The position numbers and the translations under genes are program-made. The notes beneath the pieces were generated by a model. The model did not search any database and was not told the DNA's origin. It saw only the letters and a list, made by a program, of their open reading frames with translations. A DNA stretch of 64,000 bases from a virus, in the IMG/VR virus record IMGVR_UViG_3300005253_000050, positions 29,601 to 93,600 of that record, one strand, 5' to 3'. Of the stretch, positions 1 through 8,501 are shown one piece after another (the first letter of the stretch is position 1; every line of letters begins with the position of its first letter).

Positions 1-543
1 GCCCTCGCCGAACTCTTCCCGCCGGAGATATACCACCGCATTCGCTTCGCCTACACCGAGGATCTTGAGGGACTGATTCAGGATGACGGGCGGGTCGCTC
101 CGTTCACGTCGGAGCTGTGGACGGAAGAGAAGCTCGCCAAGCGCCGGGAGGAATTGGGCGCGCGGATATTTGGCCGCGCCTTCCATGTGATCGGCACCAA
201 GGATGTTCGCCTCTGCGAGCAATGCAAGCGTGAGCTCGAGCCCGTCCATGTGGCCACAGAACTCAAAGTTGACACCGCGGTGCTCTACGCTGACAACCTC
301 TGGGCCATCGACGCCATGGTCGGGGACATGACCAGAGCGTGGGTGTGCCGGAGCACCCACGGTGAACCCATCCCCGTCGACAATACTTTGGAGGCGCTGG
401 AGGAGTGGATGGCGGCAAACCTTGAGGCGACGACGTGGCTCGGGACTCGGCCGGAGAGGATACCACCTGTCTATCCGGGCGGAGTGAAGCGGGTCAATGC
501 CGCCTTGGATCGGTTGAAGATTGCGGCGAAGGGAGAGGGCTGA
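1..543 (+). CDS. 5'-truncated ORF resembling the end of a terminase large subunit ATPase domain, followed by an unrelated C-terminus
   Basis: Frame 1 is open from base 1 to TGA 541-543. WTEEKLAKRREELGARIFGRAF matches WTTRKLQRRRRELGPRKFARGF of the TerL at 21869 (13/22 identical). Confidence 0.55.
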   Translation, partial: ALAELFPPEIYHRIRFAYTEDLEGLIQDDGRVAPFTSELWTEEKLAKRREELGARIFGRAFHVIGTKDVRLCEQCKRELEPVHVATELKVDTAVLYADNLWAIDAMVGDMTRAWVCRSTHGEPIPVDNTLEALEEWMAANLEATTWLGTRPERIPPVYPGGVKRVNAALDRLKIAAKGEG

Positions 544-3218
544 TGGCCAAGGATAAGAAGAAGACCAAGCGGGTGAAGCTGGGCGAGGGAATGAGCAAGC
601 TGCGGAAGGGCGGGGTGAACTCCTCGCCGCCGGATGGAGCGGAGCCACCTCCGCCGCCGCCAGCGCAGCGGCGCCCACTGACCCGGGTCGACCCAGACAC
701 GGCCGCGGCCATCAGTGAGCTAGTCGACTACGTGGCAGCTCCGGATGACGACGACGCCCGCGACCGCCTCATCCCTGGCCAGCCCACGGCGCCGTTCACC
801 ATCGAGACGCTGGTGGGCATCGGCGAGGAGATCGAGAACGGCGTCGAGTACGTGGATGACCCGGGGTCGTGCTGCGGCAACTGCGAGTTGAGCGCCCTAT
901 CCCATGATGGCTGTTGGCGCGACCTCTGCGACGCAACAGAGTGCAAGGACTTTGAGCCAAAGCAGCAGGAAACCTGCGATTGTCGCGACGGCTCGCCGAC
1001 ACAGGACAGCGGGGAGTGGCCTCGTCCGACCGAAGCAGACCTGAAGACCATCGCAAGGCGGGCCTGTAAACGATATGGCCACCCCTCCAAGTTCAATTCC
1101 GCTGGGTTCTCGCAGGCGTTCTCGGAACACCTTGGGCTGGCAAAGAAGGGCTTTGACGGTGGCTGGGTTTGGGCGATGCTGGACGGGCGTCCGTGGGTCA
1201 AGGGCCTGCCTGGTGAGTGTCATTGGCAACTGGTCGACGCACCTCCCAGCGCACCGGAACGCCCGTCCACCATCACGTCAGAGGACGTCAAAGAGGGCTT
1301 GGCACAGGGTGTGAAGGGTGCCGAGTACATGCGGGCCGAGCGCGGGCTAGCACCTCCCAGCGCACCGCAGACAACGCCTGCCGTGAACGAGGAGGGGCCA
1401 GCCGAAGACCCGGAACCGGTATGCAGCTTGTGTGGACGCAAGGGGAATCTATCCATGATGGGCAGTAAGTGGGTGTGCCTCTCGGCTGCGGTATGCGGTA
1501 CGGAGACGACACGGCTGCGCTGCAAGCCCGCCCCGCCCGTAGACGACAGCGGGACGGGGGAGAATTGCGAGGATTGCGGGTCCACAACAGGGCAGCACTT
1601 CACGCTCCATTGCAAGCCCACCCCGCCCGCGGTCGATCCCGTCGCGAAGGTCGACTACGTCCAGGTCGTCGATGTCTGCCCGGACTGCTCGGGGACTCTC
1701 GGCTGGTCGGACGATTTCCAGTATTGGTTGTGTGCCGACTGCCCCCGCAAGGGCACCCGTGAGGATCTTCATCCCACCAGCTGGATCACCTACTCCAAGC
1801 CCGTCCCTGGGGAGGAGGCGACCACCACCACCACGACGGTGGCCGACCTCAAGCCGTGCTGCCGAGCCCACCTTGAGGAGCAGGTCATGGACGCGGCCTT
1901 CTTCGCGCCGCTGAAGAAACAGACGCCGGCCCACGTCCGGGTGGGGGAGCTAAGGGAAGAAGTGGTGAAACTGAACATCATGCTCGAGCGCGGTGAGCGC
2001 ATCGAGGCGCAGTGCGCTGAGTTGGCTGCAAAGCTCACGGCAGCCAACGCGCAGACCGAGGCATCCAAGGCCGAGGTGGTCGGGGCGAGAGATAAATTAG
2101 CCCATGCGGAGGCCCTGCTGTATGCGGAGTCGGCGGGGCGGAACCGAGCCATCGACCAGGCTGATCAGCTCCGCACGTACGGCGCTGGCCAGCACGCCAA
2201 GGTGGACGAGCTGAAAGACCGTCTTCGCCTGGAGTACAATCGAGCCAACAGGCACTGGGACAAACAGTGCAAGGTGGAGCAGCAGGCCCGCCGCGCATCC
2301 GTGACGCTCGGCGCAGAGGTCCTCCGGTGGAAGAACAACACCGACACGGAGAGAGGGCGGCGGGTCGACGTCGAACATAGGGTCGAAACCGCCATCCAGT
2401 TCCTCATCAAGCAGATTGGAATTGTCGGCGGCGCGGAGGGAGTGGAGGCCGTCGCAGGCCGAGCGGCCATCGCGCTCAGTGCCAGGCAGCAACGAATCGG
2501 GGAGCTTCAGGACCAGGTGAACCGGCTGACCAATGATGTTGGAGCAATCCTCGACGAACGTACGGCGGACCTAGATGTGCAGATCGTGCGCATGACCCAG
2601 GCCCACGAGGAGGTTATCTCGGAACTCGGTGTCTCCCAGCAGGAAGTCGCAGACCTCCAGGGCTTGCTTGCGAACCACAACGAAGAGCGGGAGGGTCAAC
2701 TGGCTCTCGTTGAATCGCTTATGAGGCAACTCGATCGGTCGGTCCTTCGATCGGAGTGGACCTGTCCCCAGTGTGAGCAACCGTGCACGTGGGAGGATGA
2801 CCGCTGGCTCTGCAGCTCGGAGATGTGCGGGGCAAGCGGGACGCGGCCGAAGGACGACGAGGAGCAGCCAGTGTTCCACGGGAAGGGTTCGATCCCCTGC
2901 TCCAAGTGTGGGGCAACCTCTGCCGAGGCGACCCTGAGAAGCATCGGAAGGGTATGGTCCTGCTCGGACGAGAAGGCATGCATGGGGAGGTGGACGAGGA
3001 AGGACCAGCGTCCACCCGACATCCTCGACTGCTTCATGGCGAAGGGTGGCACCCCTGCATCCAGCGCCCGAGATTATCTCGTTGCCGTCCTCGAATCAGT
3101 CCGAGACATCGACGACGACGGCGCAGCGGAGTTCCTCGTCAAGGCCGTGACCAAGCTCGAGGAGCGGGTGGTCGAGCTGGAGAAGTATCGGACGGCTAAA
3201 AGAGGAGAACGACCATGA
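543..3218 (+). CDS. Large hypothetical protein with multiple Cys4 zinc-finger-like motifs and a central coiled coil
   Basis: ATG 543 overlaps the upstream stop (TGATG) after GGAGAGG. Many CxxC...WxCxxC motifs; heptad-rich central region. Confidence 0.8.
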   Translation: MAKDKKKTKRVKLGEGMSKLRKGGVNSSPPDGAEPPPPPPAQRRPLTRVDPDTAAAISELVDYVAAPDDDDARDRLIPGQPTAPFTIETLVGIGEEIENGVEYVDDPGSCCGNCELSALSHDGCWRDLCDATECKDFEPKQQETCDCRDGSPTQDSGEWPRPTEADLKTIARRACKRYGHPSKFNSAGFSQAFSEHLGLAKKGFDGGWVWAMLDGRPWVKGLPGECHWQLVDAPPSAPERPSTITSEDVKEGLAQGVKGAEYMRAERGLAPPSAPQTTPAVNEEGPAEDPEPVCSLCGRKGNLSMMGSKWVCLSAAVCGTETTRLRCKPAPPVDDSGTGENCEDCGSTTGQHFTLHCKPTPPAVDPVAKVDYVQVVDVCPDCSGTLGWSDDFQYWLCADCPRKGTREDLHPTSWITYSKPVPGEEATTTTTTVADLKPCCRAHLEEQVMDAAFFAPLKKQTPAHVRVGELREEVVKLNIMLERGERIEAQCAELAAKLTAANAQTEASKAEVVGARDKLAHAEALLYAESAGRNRAIDQADQLRTYGAGQHAKVDELKDRLRLEYNRANRHWDKQCKVEQQARRASVTLGAEVLRWKNNTDTERGRRVDVEHRVETAIQFLIKQIGIVGGAEGVEAVAGRAAIALSARQQRIGELQDQVNRLTNDVGAILDERTADLDVQIVRMTQAHEEVISELGVSQQEVADLQGLLANHNEEREGQLALVESLMRQLDRSVLRSEWTCPQCEQPCTWEDDRWLCSSEMCGASGTRPKDDEEQPVFHGKGSIPCSKCGATSAEATLRSIGRVWSCSDEKACMGRWTRKDQRPPDILDCFMAKGGTPASSARDYLVAVLESVRDIDDDGAAEFLVKAVTKLEERVVELEKYRTAKRGERP

Positions 3219-3733
3219 GTAGAAAGCACGACCTGCTCAAGCAGTTTGAGAGGGCCCTCCATGAAATCGACCCGTCCGCCAGGGTCATGGTGATGGAGGT
3301 GCTGCCGGGCTGGAATCTGGACGACAAGGAGAAGTCCGAGCCCGTCCACTTCAACCCGACCCAGTTGCAGCGCGTCAACGATTTCCTCGGGCCGAAGTAT
3401 GGAGTCGTGGAGACGTCCGAGACCCATCTCGCCAACCTGGCACAACGCAGCACGTCGCCGGGTAAGCTCACCCTCGCCACGATTCCGGTGTGTCCGGTGT
3501 GCGTGGTGGAGCTGGATGAAAACCAGGCATCATCCACCTGCCCGAAGTGCGGCGAGAGGCTGTCGAGCGGAGCAGGGGAGTTCGGCCACGCCTACGACTC
3601 CTCCAGCATCACGGGAGTGGCCGACGCACTGAAGGCGGCCGCCGAGCCAGACCACGGCAACTGCGGCGACTGGGTTAGAGTCAGCCGGTTCTGGTTGCGT
3701 AGACTCGCCGACAATCTGAAAGGGAAGCCATGA
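3215..3733 (+). CDS. Hypothetical protein with zinc ribbon
   Basis: AGGAG RBS, ATGA overlap, CPVC...CPKC motif. Confidence 0.75.
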   Translation: MSRKHDLLKQFERALHEIDPSARVMVMEVLPGWNLDDKEKSEPVHFNPTQLQRVNDFLGPKYGVVETSETHLANLAQRSTSPGKLTLATIPVCPVCVVELDENQASSTCPKCGERLSSGAGEFGHAYDSSSITGVADALKAAAEPDHGNCGDWVRVSRFWLRRLADNLKGKP

Positions 3734-4140
3734 ACGACTCACCCGCCACCCACACCGGCACCATGACCTGGCCCCTGGATTCGATGAACGGCCCAGAGGG
3801 CGAGCGCCTAATCCAGCTGCGTGAGTGCGAGTACGGTTGGATGGGCGACGGCTTCCGATGGAAGGCGGACGGCAGCGCTCCGCGGGCGCTCGTCACCGAC
3901 GGCAAGTGGATCGAAACCTACTTTGGGCTGAGAGTGAATTCTATCCGACCCCGACCGGTTGAAGAGCTGAGGGAGTTTTATCAGAGGGCGGTGGACCACT
4001 CGGCAACGCAACTGGGGCAACTAGGCCAGGAGCAGGCCTCGCTCAACCGGGTGCTCGCCATCGTCCACAAGGAGCAGGTCTTGGCCCTCGCTGCGCTGGG
4101 AGCATTTGACGAGGAGCACGGCACAGGAGGAGAAACATGA
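3730..4140 (+). CDS. Hypothetical protein
   Basis: ATGA overlaps at both ends. Confidence 0.7.
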   Translation: MNDSPATHTGTMTWPLDSMNGPEGERLIQLRECEYGWMGDGFRWKADGSAPRALVTDGKWIETYFGLRVNSIRPRPVEELREFYQRAVDHSATQLGQLGQEQASLNRVLAIVHKEQVLALAALGAFDEEHGTGGET

Positions 4141-4445
4141 GCAAGCTCACGCGGGCAACGGTGCCGATGTGTGGTAAGTGCGAAGGCGAAATGATCGAAA
4201 ACGTCGCCAAACGAGGCTCGTTTGTATATCGGTGCCTAGTCTGTGGAGATAACACCTATGGCCCTCGTTACTGGGGCTACTACCCGGTCGACGTCGCGGG
4301 AGTGGTGACCGACCTCAGATTCATCGCGAAATCGTGGCGGGAGATGGGGCAGGAGGACACGGCAGACCACTACGACGGCATGGCCGACCGGCTTGAAGGC
4401 AAGGATGCGGAGGCAAACCATGAACGACCTCAGCCAACTTCGTAA
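4137..4445 (+). CDS. Hypothetical zinc-ribbon protein
   Basis: AGGAGG RBS; CGKC...CLVC. Its start (KLTRATVPMC) resembles KLTLATIPVC in the 3215 ORF. Confidence 0.7.
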   Translation: MSKLTRATVPMCGKCEGEMIENVAKRGSFVYRCLVCGDNTYGPRYWGYYPVDVAGVVTDLRFIAKSWREMGQEDTADHYDGMADRLEGKDAEANHERPQPTS

Positions 4446-4791
4446 AGTCGCGCCGCGGATACTAGGCCCGGACTGGGAGGAGATTATCCCGTGTCCCACC
4501 GTCGGCGCCATGGCCTGGAGCTGTGCGAACGGGCTGGTCGTTATCGCCTCGGTTGGAATCGAGTCCGACGGGCACAGCTGGTTCCATGTGAGCACGTCCA
4601 GAGCGGGTAGGCTCCCCAATTGGAGGGACCTCCAGTATGTGAAGGACACCTTCATCGGCCGCGACCGAAAAGCTATCCAAATCCTACCGGCGTCGGCCGA
4701 GCACGTAAATCTCCACCCGTTCTGCCTCCACCTCTGGTGTTGCTTGGACGGGGACGTGCTGCCGGACTTCCGGGTGGACGGGGATATTTAG
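4420..4791 (+). CDS. Conserved phage hypothetical protein (W-x-H-V-S...P-x-W...H-x-N-x-H-x-x-C-L-H-L-W family)
   Basis: Motifs WFHVSTSRAGRLPNW and HVNLHPFCLHLW, recalled from a widespread phage family; GGAGG RBS. Confidence 0.75.
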   Translation: MNDLSQLRKVAPRILGPDWEEIIPCPTVGAMAWSCANGLVVIASVGIESDGHSWFHVSTSRAGRLPNWRDLQYVKDTFIGRDRKAIQILPASAEHVNLHPFCLHLWCCLDGDVLPDFRVDGDI

Positions 4792-4793
4792 CG

Positions 4794-5126
4794 ATGGCGA
4801 AGATGAGTAGCAAGAACGTCCCACCAACGAACTACGAGCCCCGCCCAATTTGTTGTGAGCGGCACTGCGACGGGCGACAACTCGAGCCCGACTCCTGGGA
4901 GGTGGTGAAAAACTCGGTGGCGGACGCAGTCCTCCAGGTTAACCTCGCCGAGCCGAAGTCTGGTTATAAGGTCCGGGCCTACGCTCCTTTTCCAGTGCCT
5001 GTCTGGGTCTGCACGAAGTGCGGGAGAGTTGAGAAACCCACCGATGCGTTGGCCTGGGCCGCCGCTTTTGTCGCCCAAGGCGGCCGGAGCCCACGCCCTG
5101 GTCACTCCCACCAGGAGGACAAATGA
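4794..5126 (+). CDS. Hypothetical Cys-rich protein
   Basis: Fits the gene chain; CCERHC and CTKC motifs. Confidence 0.6.
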   Translation: MAKMSSKNVPPTNYEPRPICCERHCDGRQLEPDSWEVVKNSVADAVLQVNLAEPKSGYKVRAYAPFPVPVWVCTKCGRVEKPTDALAWAAAFVAQGGRSPRPGHSHQEDK

Positions 5127-5461
5127 CCATCCTCGTCGAAACAACCCCAGCCGAACGTGAATCTTGGGCCGCACTCGATTCGGTCCCAGATGAAGATGGG
5201 CTGCAGCGACTAATCAGCGATGCAGCTCGAGCTGCGGAGTTCGAGGGTGTTATGAATCGGGTGCGGGGCTTGTTAGATAACGCTGGGAATGAGTCCCTCG
5301 TCGGGCGCCGCAGTTCCACAGCCCGCCAGTGTTCCAGGTGCGGGGCATCCGGGGCCGGTTCACAGTTTGTGTGGAGCAGGTACCCGGACGAGCCACACTT
5401 CGCCTGGCACTGCGAGGACGAGAGCGGCTGTGCAGGCCGGGCCAAGAAGGAGACGGGATGA
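5123..5461 (+). CDS. Hypothetical protein with C-terminal Cys4 motif
   Basis: AGGAGG RBS, ATGA overlap; CSRC...WHCEDESGC. Confidence 0.7.
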   Translation: MTILVETTPAERESWAALDSVPDEDGLQRLISDAARAAEFEGVMNRVRGLLDNAGNESLVGRRSSTARQCSRCGASGAGSQFVWSRYPDEPHFAWHCEDESGCAGRAKKETG

Positions 5462-5757
5462 GTGCGCGGAGTTACTTCAGGGGCCACCCGATCATCCGTC
5501 TCTTCGGGCGCTGGGTCTATGAGGACAACGGTGCCTCTTTGCCGGCTGATGGCGGAGACACCCGCCCGTGTGCTCGGTGTGGCCAGCAGACGCCCCTCGG
5601 CGAGGGTGAGGTGGATCCATGCCTTGGGGCCCTCCCTGGAGTAGATAACGCTTGCTGTGGGCATGGCGTGCCCAGTGAGGCTTACATCCGCTTCACGAAC
5701 GGAGTGGTCGTCAGGGGCTTCACCGTGGAGTACGGGGAAGCGACGGAGCCAGAATGA
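5458..5757 (+). CDS. Conserved phage hypothetical Cys/His protein
   Basis: Motif RPCARC...DPCLGALPGVDNACCGHG; AAGGAG RBS. Confidence 0.75.
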   Translation: MSARSYFRGHPIIRLFGRWVYEDNGASLPADGGDTRPCARCGQQTPLGEGEVDPCLGALPGVDNACCGHGVPSEAYIRFTNGVVVRGFTVEYGEATEPE

Positions 5758-7316
5758 TTCTCCAGGGCGACTCCACCTCCCTCCCACTCGCAGACTCATC
5801 TGTGGACGCCGTCGTAACTGACCCGCCGTACGGTCTAGAGTTCATGGGAAAGGACTGGGACCGAGCGGTGCCACCCGTCGCCATCTGGAAAGAAGTCCTC
5901 CGCGTCATGAAGCCAGGCGCCTTCGCCGCCATCCTATGCTCGCCCCGCCAGGACCTACAGTCCCGGATGATAGTGAATTTCGAAGGCGCGGGCTTTTGTA
6001 CCGGGTTCACCTCAATCATGTGGACCTACGCAACAGGCTTTCCGAAGGCTGGAAATTTGTCCAAGCTCGCAGACCGACGTCGGAGAGACGATGTAAGGCC
6101 AGTCTGTAGATTCCTGCGTCGGCGAATCGAGGAACTCGGCGTGCACATCAAGACGATTGCGGCCGAGTTCGGGTTTCATCCCCGCATGGTTGAGCACTGG
6201 GCAGCAAGAGACACCGACAGCCAGCCAACGGTGCCCACCTGGGACCAGTGGCTGCAGCTCAAGGGACTACTCGGGTTCGGGGACAAGATGGACGACGAGG
6301 TCGCACGGCTGAACCACCGCAAGGGCACCCTCGGTGACGCGTGGCACGAGAGAGAGGTGATAGGTGAGCGTGCACCAACGGGCCCTTCTTGGTTCGCCGA
6401 GAATGACCAGCGGATCACCGCCCCATCCACCCCCGAAGCTAGGGAGCTCGAAGGCGCCTACGCCGGCTTTCAGCCCAAGCCCGCGTTTGAACCCGTGCTG
6501 ATCGTCATGAAGCCGCTTACAGAAAAGACCTATCTCGATCAAGCGCTGGCCAATGGCAAGGGTTGTTCTTGGCTCGACGACGCGCGGATCCCGACTGATA
6601 CACTCGCAAGCGGCGGCAAGCCGACGGCAACCAATAATCCATGCTTCGCGAGCAAGGGCAACAATCCATGCACGACACGCGCTGCGCCGCACGACGCCGG
6701 CCGCTTCCCCGCCAACGTCCTATGCTGCGACGACGCGCTCAACGATGGGAGGGTGAGCGGTGGTGGGCAGCGTATTGTCGGCGGAACCAATCGCACTGTT
6801 ACAAAACACATTGGACAAATGAGCGAACAGCCACGGACTGACGCGGTGGTGAATATCGGCGACGCCGGCTCATACTCCCGGTACTTCGACCTGGATCAGT
6901 GGTGGGTAGACAGGATCGCGCGGCTGCCCGAATCGGTGCAGCGCGTGTTCCCGTGGCTCATTGTGCCGAAGCCTAGCAAGAGGGAGAAAAACGCGGGGCT
7001 GGAAGAGCAGGGGAATCATCACGTCTCGGTCAAGCCCGTCCGACTCATGTCTTACCTGGTCACGTTGTTTTCACGAGTGGGCGAGGTCGTGCTCGACCCG
7101 TTCGTTGGGAGCGGGTCCACAGGGGTGGCTGCTGAAATCATGGCCCGGCGGTTTGTTGGCGTAGAGCTCGACCATGAGTACGCCGAGCTGGCTGAGAGGC
7201 GTGAGCGCTTCGCAGCGGCAAGGGACTGCGGGACCATGGCGTTCGAGCTGCAGCCATTGGCGACGGCGGGAGCGCCGGACCCAAACCAGGGCGACTTGTT
7301 CGGGGAGGATAGCTGA
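5754..7316 (+). CDS. DNA N4-cytosine/N6-adenine methyltransferase (beta class) with inserted HTH-like segment
   Basis: N-terminal catalytic VVTDPPY, then HVSVKP and C-terminal SAM-binding VLDPFVGSGSTG...GVELD. Confidence 0.92.
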   Translation: MILQGDSTSLPLADSSVDAVVTDPPYGLEFMGKDWDRAVPPVAIWKEVLRVMKPGAFAAILCSPRQDLQSRMIVNFEGAGFCTGFTSIMWTYATGFPKAGNLSKLADRRRRDDVRPVCRFLRRRIEELGVHIKTIAAEFGFHPRMVEHWAARDTDSQPTVPTWDQWLQLKGLLGFGDKMDDEVARLNHRKGTLGDAWHEREVIGERAPTGPSWFAENDQRITAPSTPEARELEGAYAGFQPKPAFEPVLIVMKPLTEKTYLDQALANGKGCSWLDDARIPTDTLASGGKPTATNNPCFASKGNNPCTTRAAPHDAGRFPANVLCCDDALNDGRVSGGGQRIVGGTNRTVTKHIGQMSEQPRTDAVVNIGDAGSYSRYFDLDQWWVDRIARLPESVQRVFPWLIVPKPSKREKNAGLEEQGNHHVSVKPVRLMSYLVTLFSRVGEVVLDPFVGSGSTGVAAEIMARRFVGVELDHEYAELAERRERFAAARDCGTMAFELQPLATAGAPDPNQGDLFGEDS

Positions 7317-7330
7317 TGATTCCTTGGGGA

Positions 7331-7430
7331 TTACAATTGAGCCGGGCGGAAACCCGAAGTATGTCCAGTCACTTGGAACCAATTGTAAAAGAATGTCAGA
7401 GATTGTGGCGAATTGTCGCCAATTGTAAAA
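7331..7430. promoter_or_regulatory. AT-rich intergenic array of helically phased ATTGT-like motifs
   Basis: CAATTGTAA at 7380 and 7420, inverted copy at 7331. Five xxTTGT/xxATGT motifs start at 7381, 7391, 7401, 7411 and 7421. Confidence 0.5.
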
Positions 7431-7458
7431 ACACTGGTTGAACCAGGGAAAAACTAGG

Positions 7459-7842
7459 ATGCTCTCGTACCTCATCGGCGCCGGCCAGAAGACCCACATC
7501 ATCGACGAAACCACCCGCGGTGGTGAACTCGGCCCAGGGACTACCCTGTGCGGCCGGCCGGTGCGCGGTGGGTCCGTCGAGGAGTCCGAGCGGATCCCGG
7601 GCTGCTCCATCTGCGCTCGGGTGCTCCGGAAGATGCAACGGGAGTTCGACGCCAGGTCCGAGCCCCTCAAGTCGGCCCCGATGCCGCTGGTGAACGACCG
7701 CGACTTCCTGTGCCCGATATGCCGGGAGCCGCTGAGGCTTGCTGCCAAGAGGCACTCATTCCCAACGCAGCGCGTCAACACCGTCCGGGTGACGATGATG
7801 CTCATCTGCAACAACGAGCCCGGGCACGGAGAAGAGCCATGA
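7459..7842 (+). CDS. Hypothetical Cys-rich protein
   Basis: TLCG, CSIC and CPIC motifs; ATGA overlap with the next gene. Confidence 0.65.
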   Translation: MLSYLIGAGQKTHIIDETTRGGELGPGTTLCGRPVRGGSVEESERIPGCSICARVLRKMQREFDARSEPLKSAPMPLVNDRDFLCPICREPLRLAAKRHSFPTQRVNTVRVTMMLICNNEPGHGEEP

Positions 7843-8150
7843 CGGATTTCGAGGCGCTCGGGACCAAGCTCGGGAGGCTGGTCACGAAGAAGCGGGCCGC
7901 GTACGGCAACAGCCATGAGAAGAGCGGTGAGGTGCTCGCCATCCTCTACCCCGGTGGTGTGCAGCCGGACCAGTACGGCGACATGCTCACGGTAGCCAGG
8001 GTGCTTGACAAGCTGTTCAGGGTGGCCACTGACCGGGGCGCCTATGGCGAGAGCCCGTGGAAGGATGTCGCTGGCTATGGCCTCCTTGGGTGGGCCGCTG
8101 CAGAACGCCGGGTCGTGAAGTGTGGTGATGGGGCCGGGAGCCAGCGGTGA
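7839..8150 (+). CDS. Nucleotide-modification-associated (Nmad1/DUF1599-like, MazG-like helical) small protein
   Basis: K-x-x-x-Y-G-x-S ... D-K-L-x-R ... W-x-D-V-A-G-Y signature. Confidence 0.65.
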   Translation: MTDFEALGTKLGRLVTKKRAAYGNSHEKSGEVLAILYPGGVQPDQYGDMLTVARVLDKLFRVATDRGAYGESPWKDVAGYGLLGWAAAERRVVKCGDGAGSQR

Positions 8151-8501
8151 TGGGGGTAGGCTGCAAGAACTCGGTGACGGTGGCATCGGTGGTCGCAGAA
8201 ACCGCCCTCGTCGCTTACAGTGCGAATGACGGCGATCTAGCCAAAGGAGAAGGCAATGGGCACGACACGAGACGAGATCGAGCGACCGAGGGGCCAAAGA
8301 TGAGTCGCTCGGAAGCCTCGCGGGCGCGCGCGCGGTTTGTTAATATCAAGATCTTCCTTCTCTCTTGCTCCCCTCTTACTCTTCTCAAGAGGCTTGTGAG
8401 GGATAAGAAAGATCTTACGTGCATGCGCGCAGGCCCGCATACGAGGGGCCACCTCTTTTTTCTCCTCCGCCTTCCCCTCTTGTCCGCCTCCGAGGTGATC
8501 C

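Noticed and set aside
435-542. Upstream extensions given by the ORF track (435, 28604, 30409, 44618 and similar)
   Set aside because: They overlap preceding genes; downstream ATGs with an RBS or stop-start coupling are better starts.
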